A stretch of DNA of 64,000 nucleotides, from assembly GCF_009914755.1 (NCBI RefSeq), contig NC_060929.1; one strand, 5' to 3'. The notes beneath the pieces are model-generated. The model did no database searches. It was not told where the DNA came from and worked only from the letters and a program-made list of their open reading frames with translations. A program made the translations under genes and the position numbers. Of the stretch, positions 54,981 through 64,000 are shown piece by piece. Source of the DNA: the human T2T-CHM13v2.0 reference genome, Homo sapiens. Position 1 is the first letter of the stretch. Every line of letters begins with the position of its first letter.

Positions 54981-57900
54981 CATACCATCTAAATTTCTTT
55001 GAAAATCTCTTTGTCATGTTTAACTTTTGATGCATAAGGACATCAGGTCTTCCTTATGGAATCAGAAAATGCCTGCTGTGTTGGCTAACTCCAGTGCACT
55101 ACTGTTTGTTCTCACAGTGTTGTTCAGTAGCCATGTTTGTGTAGTTGCTGATTCTTTATAACTCCTGCGGTTTTTTTCTCCCTAAGGAGTCCTAGATATG
55201 CCAATACATCACAAGGATACACCACAAGGGAAACTGACCACTTGGATGTGCTTTGGAATGGGCTTTTGGGGCAAAATTGAAAAAAGCAAACAAACAAACA
55301 AACAAAACAAACAAACGAAAACCAACCTGGGTTCTTTTGTAATTCACTTTCCTGAAACACGGATGTGTCAGTGTAGGGACTGCGGATGGAAGCAATTAGG
55401 GTGAGAATGGAGGTGAGCTGGTGAAAGAGCCAGCCAGGGTGAGAGTTGGCTCCAGTACATTGAAGAAAGCAGAACTGAGAGTCAGGGGCACAGACTGATA
55501 TAACACCTCAAGGCAGAGCAGAGAGGCCCAGTGCTGGAAGGTGGGGGGCCTACTGATGGTGACTGGCAAGATGAGGGAGGTGATCACAGAGCTGGACCGT
55601 GGAGATAAACATCAACCTGCAGGAGAGAGGGGATAATGTTAAAGGAGAGGCTAATTTCTGCTTAGGGAGTCCTCAGCTCCTCCTTTCTGGGGTACTAACC
55701 GCACTCTTTATTCAACTTAATTATTTAGGAATTTGTTAAATGCCCATACATGCCAGGCTCTGTGCTAGCTACTGGAGATAGGAAGCGAAAAAGGAAGCCC
55801 CCATTCCCATTTTATGCCTTCGAAGTGCTTTTTACACAAGAAATCTTTTTAAAATCAGATAAATTTGCATTAATTTCAGGGAAAATAATGATGATGGAAA
55901 TTAGTTGAGGTTGAGGGGAAAAGAAGATGGAACAGAAGTAGAAGACTTGAAGAGGTAAGGTACGTCCCTTAAAATATATATATTTTTAGTATTTATCAAA
56001 GGTTTCATCAGTGTAACAAGCATTTCACTGTCAGTAGGGGATTTTTTTCTTTTTTCTCCTTGCTCATATCAGCATAGGAGATTGGAGGATGGAATAAGAA
56101 ATATTAAGTCAGTTACATAGGTATGTTATTTCTCAGAGTGTCAAAAAATTTTATATTGGGGATTCCAACGTAGGCAAACATTTATAAATGCTGTTCTTAT
56201 CTTCTGTGCTCTTCTTTTTTTCCCTAGGACTCCTTGGAGAAGTTCACATGACATTCTGTTTGACGTAAAATCAGCATGTGTCCCAAGTAAATCAACAACA
56301 GCTGTTTTAAATAGCAGATTGTATTTCAAAATATCATTATGAACCAGGGGAAGAATTGCATGGATGCCTGTGTCTCCAGATTACAGTGATGGAACCTAGC
56401 ATCTGGACATTGTGGCCATGGGCAGACAGATCTCAGAGTTGGCTGGAAGATGGTTATCTATTTAATGAAACAGTGATCTTTAGGGGGAAATTTTTTTCAT
56501 GATTCATGGGTTAAAAATGCCAGCAAAAAAGAATGAAAGGAAAAAAGGCTCGGTTACATTCAGAGGTGTCATGCTTCTGTTGGCTAAAGCTTCTACTCAG
56601 AATCCTGTGCATTTCTCTGAATGGGGTAGCAAAGCAGTTTAATACTAGTCTGTTCACTTCAAAAGTACTCACACCAATAAACTAAGTAAGATTCAGTACC
56701 CATCCCCACAAGAGTTCTTAGATAACATGATGGACTAACTGTATTACACTGTGTCACTAAGAAAGTGTAGATTCTGTGACCTACAGGTTGTTCCAGGCAC
56801 AGGATGGACCTGGCTGCACTTTTCAGTCTCTCTTGTTGTCCCCCACTGGTTAAAATTCCTTCGGCAATGCCAGCAGCACTTCTCCCTGCTCTGATTTTAG
56901 GCCTCAGAGGAGAATTTAGGCATTTCCCCTTCACCTTCTAACAAATGCTTCTTTGAACAACCTGCTTCCATGATGCTACCAAGTGAGCCTTTCCTGTTGG
57001 CACAACCCCACTGAGTTGCAGGGCAACAGCTTCATCCTGTGGTGGCACATGCAAATTTCAGAATCTCCATAGCCGGACCAGTGTGCCTGACCCAGGTGGG
57101 CACCCATTTCCTGGAGAGTCTCCTGTCTTATTTGCAGGCTTGCTGAAGGGTCCATCATTACATTGCATGACTGAAAGTGCAACTGTCATGACTCCTGGCT
57201 CTCTGCAGGCCTTGTCCATTGTGCACAATATTATGAGTCCTGTGGTCAGCCTTAGTACCTCAGGGAACTGCTGGACTTGATCTCATGCTCTAGATTCACT
57301 ATGGCCTCACCATGTTGTCTTTAGATTGACAACTCTAGCAGGCTAGCCTGCTCACATATCCAGTCTCTAGGCCCAGGTGCTACCTTCTGTACCTATACTT
57401 CTAGCCTGCAGAGCAACCCCTCCATAAGGCTCTAATGCCCAGCCAGAGATAGTACTGTGGGCCCCCTTCTGCTTTGGGACAGGAGTTTGAACGTATCTCC
57501 ACTGGTCACATACCTCCCAAAAAAGTTACTGAAAAACTTCTGTTTCTATCACTTATATCTGAGGTTGTCAAAGTTTTGCCTATTGTAAGTGAAAATGTGA
57601 ATCCAGAAAGTTCATGGGTCCAGCTTGTGCTTTCCCACTGTCTGGTGTCTTCTTTGAAATACTTGCTCGCTCCAGGCCACTCTTGCCACAGTGAAAATTC
57701 ATCTGAAAAACAAACAAACAAAAAAAGCCCACCTATTTATTTTAGAATATTTACTGTAAAAATAGAAAGCTTTCAAATGACAATGCCTCTGAAATGCTTT
57801 CCAGATAGGTCCAAATTATACTTACCCTTTAAAGCACAGCTCAAATGCCAGAAGTAATCAATAACTTCCCCTTTTGAATTCTCATAGCATTTTATCTGAA

Positions 57901-60195
57901 ACACTCTTAAGACGCTTATACTTTTTCCCCTGGATTATTGTTACTGACACATAACCACCTTCCAAGAAAACTCTGTATAGTATAGGCTATTGTATTCCTC
58001 TATCTCCCACAATGCCTGTGCATGGAAGACTCTTAATATATGTTTGCTGATACAAAATACAGAACTCCTTGAAGGGGTTATGGTACTCTGCAAAATAATG
58101 ACAACAAACACATTGAAAATGGCCACATTTCTGGCCAGTAGCTCCTGGTTGCTGCATATATCTATGGACAAGGGTAGTAGGGTCTTTTTAACTCTTTCTA
58201 GATTGTCCTCCCCGGGCAGCTGGAAGCCTGACTCCAAGAGTGAAGTTGCTAACGAGACAAATGGAAAGTGATTGTAACCATTCACCCAAACCATGATGGC
58301 ATCTAATTAACAAGCATGGTTTTGACCACCATGTGAGAATATGAGTTCACACATGTGGTGCTAACCTTGCCAGGCAGACCTTTTGAAGGAAAATGGAATC
58401 TCACTGAATGGCAAAAATGTTCATTCTACAGAGAAAAGCATCCTGATTGTTTTAATCTAGCACAGGCAGGGAGCTCTTTCAGCAGGGAGATCTAGACTTC
58501 ACTCTTGAACGTGAACAACAAAAGCCTCTTGAGCTTTCAAAGTACAATTCTGTCTTCTGCTCTTGCCTTCTAACTAACGCTGAAGGTCAGAGAAAGGAAA
58601 TGGTATATATGATGTAAAAAACAATGGATACCAAAGTTGCTACTTTTCTCTCCAAGGTTAATTCTGTTTAGAATCTTCTTCACAGTGGACCTTTGAGACA
58701 ACACAAAATAAAACCAAGGGAAATAGTGTGCAAATTGCTCTCTCTCCAGGAGAAATTTTGACAAACCCTTTATGGAACACTCTACTGAGCAAAGCATTCT
58801 TGTTCTCTTCCTCTTGTTGTTAATGGGGTTACATTCTTTTGACCTCAGAAGCAGCCAGCTTACCCCACCTTATATCGAAATCCTAAAGATATTTTTCAGT
58901 GCCTATCAAAACCAATAAATTTGGAAAGCACATTGTTCATGCTTTCTGATTTGCAGTTTTACTGTGTAATATTGAAAAGCCAGGGAGTATGTGAAGCTGA
59001 ATCCTGAAAACTGGGCCTCATAAGGCATTTTTGGTGTGGCATGTAGGTTTTCCCTTCATCAGTCCGCTGGATGGTGCTTCTATACACACAATTGTCATCA
59101 CTATTCAATATTCATTTAAGTGTCAACAATAACCAAAGTACAAATTATAAGCTTAAATAACATTTCTGGCCACAGTGAAATGCATGGTGAATACAGAGCA
59201 AAATGATTAATAAAGAAATGCAGCGTTTAGAAGATGAGGGAAGCAACAGGGTTCACTCTATTTCTCTTTTCCTAGAACAGCCTGGCAGAAACCATCTTTC
59301 TTCTTTTCTTGTGGATCTCCTCCATTCTCCACCTCACAAGTCCAGCCCTTCTTCTGCTCTTACACCAGATATGCTTGCAGACTTTAGGACTGGCTCTGAC
59401 TTTTCTGAATTCCTGAACCATATCTTTAAATCCTTTGTTTTGAAAGGCACTTGAGTTGTTCCACCACAGATACTGTTTCATACTCAAACCCTACAGTAAG
59501 TATTTGCTTGGGGGCAAAAATGAAAATGCCCGGAAAGGGCCAATCTCACCTGAGTATAAACTAATTTTATCATGGTCAGAGAGCTGGAAAAGTGTGTTCA
59601 GGTATGTTCTGTGGTCCAACATGTGTAAGATGATTAAAAGGGCCTTGGGGATTTCCCTGTAGAAGATACAAAAGGCTGTGGTCCAGATTTATTTGGGAAC
59701 ATCCAGTTCTGCCTTAGGAACCCCTACCCCGTACAAATTTGATCTGATTACTGAAAGTGAGATAGTAATACTGAGATGCTCCATTCATTCTTTAATTTGT
59801 CTTTTCAACTAACATTTATTGAGCGTCTGCTATGTGCAGGTCTCGGTGCTGGGCACACATGAATATGAGCTGGGCCTTATCCTCAATATGCAAAACTGAT
59901 CAAACCTTTCATTCCTTTCAGGGAGCTTACAATGACCTTTTCTTATCCAGCTCTTCATCTTTGTTTTAACCTCTCCTCACCAGGTATGACAGACCAGTTT
60001 GCGATTACGTGAATGAACTCTACTCTCTCATGCCTCTGAGACTCGGTACATGCTATGTTCTCCACTAAAGTGGCTTGCCTGCACTTGAGTCCTAATAAAT
60101 GCATATCATTGAAATCTATGTTCAAGAGCTATCTTTTCTACAATGCCTTCCTGGATATATTCAGTCAGTTTGGATGCTCCTTCTCCAATACTCTT

Positions 60196-60502
60196 TTTTT
60201 TTTTTTTTTTTTTGAGACGGAGTCTCGCTGTGTCTCCCAGGCTGTAGTGCAGCCGCGTGATCTCGGCTCACTGCAAGCTCCGCCTCCTGGGTTCACGCCA
60301 TTCTCCTGCCTCAGCCTCCTGAGTAGCTGGGACTATAGGCACTGGCCATCGCGCCTGGCTAATTTTTTTTTTTTTTGTATTTTTAGTGGAGACGGGGTTT
60401 CACTGTGTTAGCCAGGATAGTCTCCATCTCCTGAACTCGTGATCCTCCCGCCTTGGCCTCCCAAAGTGCTGGGATTATAGGCGTGAGCCACCACGCCCGG
60501 CC
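60196..60502 (-). mobile_element. AluY SINE within an L2 fragment
   Basis: AluY-diagnostic gcaagctccgcctcc..ggttcacgccattctcc and gtgttagccaggat; TSD tccaat(a/g)ctctt at 60184-60195 and 60503-60514. Confidence 0.96.
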
Positions 60503-60729
60503 TCCAATGCTCTTGAAACACTTTATATACACAGTCTCATAAGCTTGATAAAAAAACATGTCTCACTCCAAAATTATAAGTTCTTTGAGGGCGGAGAGCA
60601 CGAGTTTAGTTACTCTATCTCTATTATCTTCCCCAATGGCTTAGTATATGGTTGACAAATATTTGCTAATTAAATAAATTATTTAATTTAGAAAATGATA
60701 ACTACTCTAAGAGAGGTACCGATGAGTGG

Positions 60730-60950
60730 TAGCTGCCATTTATTGACTGCTTATCATATAGCAGGCACTGTGTTATGCTTTCTATATACATGATTTTATT
60801 AATTCCCACTTTATAGATTATGAAACTGAGCTTGGTGAGCTTAGTGAAATTGCTCAATCTGACATGGCTAAATGTGATGGAATAATATTTGAACACAGGC
60901 CTGTCTGGTCCCAAAGCTTTGCTCTTAAGTGCCACATGGTGCTGCCCTCA
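60730..60950 (-). mobile_element. MIR SINE
   Basis: agctgccatttattgactgctt...aggcactgtgtta...cccactttatagattatgaaactgag...atttgaacacaggcctgtctgg. Confidence 0.85.
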
Positions 60951-61638
60951 TTGAGGCAAAGCTGACCCAGGAAAATGAGCCTATAATTTAGAATGCTATG
61001 GCTCTTTTTAAAAGCAGCAATCATAACCCCTATGTATTATTGTAAACGTATGGCCCATTATTTCTGAGTCTGACCTGTAACCTCAAATGATGGTTGAAGA
61101 AGGAAACGAAACCCTTCGTGCTGAACAAGCATAGCACAAGCACTGACTTTTCTTTTGAAGTTAGGTCACTATGTAATGCACAGTGTTTAATTGATGCCTG
61201 ATCAAATTCAAATCTCACTTGAATGTGGAAACTAAAGTTCTCTACAGTGAACTCTGAGGGATTTTGTCAACATGAGATAATTCTCTTCCAAGATAATGAC
61301 TAAATTTAATCTCACAGAAGCCTGATAACAGATAATTCTCCTGACAGCCATGAGGCTGCTGGGCTTGTGTGTGAGTGGTGAGAAACTGAGCAGTGGACAG
61401 AAGTCCTGAAGTGTGGGATGCGAAGAAAATGGTGAGAAGAGAACAGGACATCTCCAGGGAAAAGAAGGCCCCAGTTAAACACTGCTGTGTCTGAGATAGG
61501 ACTCTTAGAGCAAGCCTAGCTCTGCCAAAGGCATGTGCAAAGATGTTATTTCAAGTCCTAGAGACATTTCTGGGTGCATTTATTTCCATTTCTTGTTTTT
61601 TAATGCTTGTATTTCTCTTCCTAAAAATACTGCCCCTG

Positions 61639-63980
61639 TGATACAGTTAGGCTTTGTGTCCCCACCTAAATCTCATCTTGAATTGTAATCCCCATAATCC
61701 TCATAATCCCCACTTGTCAAGAGAGAGACCAGGTGGAGGTAATTGAATCATGGGGTGATTTTCCCTTATGGTGTTTTCAAGATAGTGAGTTCTCACGAGA
61801 TCTGATGGTTTTATAAGGGCCCCTCCCCCTTGGCTTAGCACTTCTCCTTCCGGCTGCCTTGGGAAGAAGGTAAGAAGGTGCTTTGCTTCCCTTTTATCTT
61901 CCACCGTGATTATATGTTTCCCGAGGCCTCCTCAGCCATGCTGAACTGTGAGTCAATTTAACCTCTCTCCTTTATAAATTACCCAGTCTTGGGCCATTCT
62001 TAATAGCAGTATGAAAATTGACTAATACAGTAAATTGGTACCACAGAGAGTGTGGTGCTGCTATAAAGGTACCTGAAAATTTGAAAGCGACTTTGGAACT
62101 GGGTAACAGGCAGAGATTGCAACAGTTTGGAGGGCTCAGAAAAAGACAGGAAGATGTGGGAGAGTTTGGAACTTCTTAGAGACTTGTTGAATGGTTTGGG
62201 CCAAAATGCTGATAGTGATATCAACAATGAAGCCCAGGCTAAAGTGGTCTCAAATAAAGATGAGAAAATTACTGGGAACTGGAGAAAAGGTCACTCTTGC
62301 TATACTTTAGCAAAGAGACTGGCAGCATTTTGCCCCTATCCTAGAGACCTGTGGAACTTTGAACTTGAGACTTAGGGTATTTGGCAGAAGAAATTTCTAA
62401 GCAGCAAAATGTTCAAAAGGTGACCTGGATGTTTTCAAAAGTATTCAGTTTTATGCATTCACAAAGAGACGGTTTGGAATTGGAAGTTATGTTTAAAAGT
62501 CTGGAAAATTTGCAGCCTGATGATGCAATAGAAAAGAAAATCTCATTTTCTGAGGCGAAATTCAAACCAGCTGCAGATATTTGCTTAAGTAACGAGGAGC
62601 CAAATGTTAATTGCCAAGACATGGGGGAAATGTTTCCAGGGCATGTCAGAGACCTTTGCAGCAGCCCCTCCCGTCACAGGCCCAGAGGCCTTGTTCCTGG
62701 GCCTTGCTGCTTTGTGTAATCTTGGGACTTGGTGCTTTGCATCCCAGCTATGGCTAAAAGGGGCTAACTTACAGGTCAGGCCATTGCTTTGGAGGGTACA
62801 AGCTCCAAGCCTGTGGCTTACACATGGTGTTGAGCCTGCTGGTGCACTGAAGTCAAGAACTGAGGTTTGAGAACCTCTGCCTATATTTCAGAGGATATAT
62901 GGAAACACCTGGATGTGCAGGCAGAAGTTTACTACAGGGGTGGAACCCTCATGGAGAACCTCTCCTAGGGTAGTGTGGAAGTAAAGTGTGGGGTCAGAGC
63001 CTCTGTTCAGAGTCCCTACTGGGGCACTGCCTAGTGGAGCTGTGAGAAAAGGGCCCTTGTCCTCCAGACCCTGGAATGGTAGATCGACTGACAGCTTGCA
63101 CCATGCACCTGGAAAAGCTGCAGACACTCAATGCCAACCTGAGACAGCAGCCAGGAGGGGGCTATACACTGCAAAGCCACAGGGGCAGAGCTGCCTGAGG
63201 CCATGGGAACCTACCTCTTAGATTAGCATGACATGGATGTGAGACATGGAGTCAAAGGAGATCGTTTCAGAGCTTTAAGATTTGACTCTCCCATTGGATT
63301 TAGGACTTGTATGGGGCTTATGGCCTCTTTGTTTTGGTCAATTTCTCCCATTTGGAATGGGTATATTTACCCAGTGCCTTTACCCCCATTTTATCCAGGA
63401 AGCAAATAACTTGATTTTGATTTACAGAATCCTAGGTGGAAGGTACATGCCTTGTCTCAGTTGAGACTTTAGACGTGGACTTTTGGGTTAATACTGGAAT
63501 GAATTAAGAATTTGGGGGACTGTTTGGAAGGCATGATTGGTTTTGAAATGTGAAAGGGACATGAAATTTGGGAGGGGCTGGAGGGAGAATGATATGGTTA
63601 GGCTTGTGTCCCCACCTAAATCTCATCTTAAATAGTAATCTCCATAATCCCTTGGTCCCCATGTGTCAAGAGAGAGACCAGGTGGAGGTAACTAAATCAT
63701 GGGAGTGGTTTCCCTCATGCTGTTCTTAGGATGGTAAGTAAGTTCTCCCAAGATCTGATGGTTCTCCTGAGATGGGAGGTTTTCCCCCTTAGCTCAGCAC
63801 TTCTCCTTCCTGTCACCTTGTGAAGAAGGTGCCTTGCTTCCCCTTCACCTTCCGCCATGATTGTAAGTTTCCTGAAGCCTCCCCAGCCATGCTGAACTGT
63901 GAGTCAATTAAACCTCTTTCCGTTATAAATTACCCAGTCTTGGGCAATTCTTTATGGGGGTATGAAAATGGACTAATACA
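61639..63980 (+). mobile_element. Full-length THE1 (THE1D-like) MaLR provirus: 5' LTR 61639-62029, internal 62030-63589, 3' LTR 63590-63980
   Basis: Two homologous TG...CA LTRs, MaLR internal region with broken ORF, polypurine tract 63570-63589, and a perfect 5-bp TSD CCCTG (61634-61638, 63981-63985). Confidence 0.96.
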
Positions 63981-64000
63981 CCCTGGGAATTTGTTTCTCC

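Noticed and set aside
62000-63464. ORF cluster in the THE1 internal region
   Set aside because: Fragments of the MaLR internal ORF broken by stops and frameshifts; no RT, integrase or env motifs.

Overview
Eukaryotic, primate (almost certainly human) genomic DNA, not prokaryotic. It carries Alu, MIR, L1, L2, MaLR LTR and Tigger/hAT elements throughout. Bases 1-~14,090 are the 3' end of MAN2A1 (Golgi alpha-mannosidase II, + strand): part of a long intron, the last two coding exons (9496-9606 and 11306-11458) and a ~2.6 kb 3' UTR. The six-frame ORF track misses both exons. The other ~50 kb is intergenic and repeat-rich. Its main feature is a full-length, disabled, CpG-rich processed pseudogene of PGAM5 on the - strand (28009-29950), with a poly(A) remnant and a 16-bp target-site duplication. 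A complete two-LTR THE1-type MaLR provirus lies at 61639-63980. Nearly all listed ORFs are chance or repeat-derived. I found no convincing novel multi-gene system. The best leads are the PGAM5 retrocopy (possible CpG-island promoter, and a truncated frame ending exactly at the KEAP1-binding motif), the functional polarity of the THE1 LTRs, and the regulatory content of the MAN2A1 3' UTR. Gene identities and repeat subfamilies come from recalled sequences, not database searches. Old-repeat boundaries are approximate.
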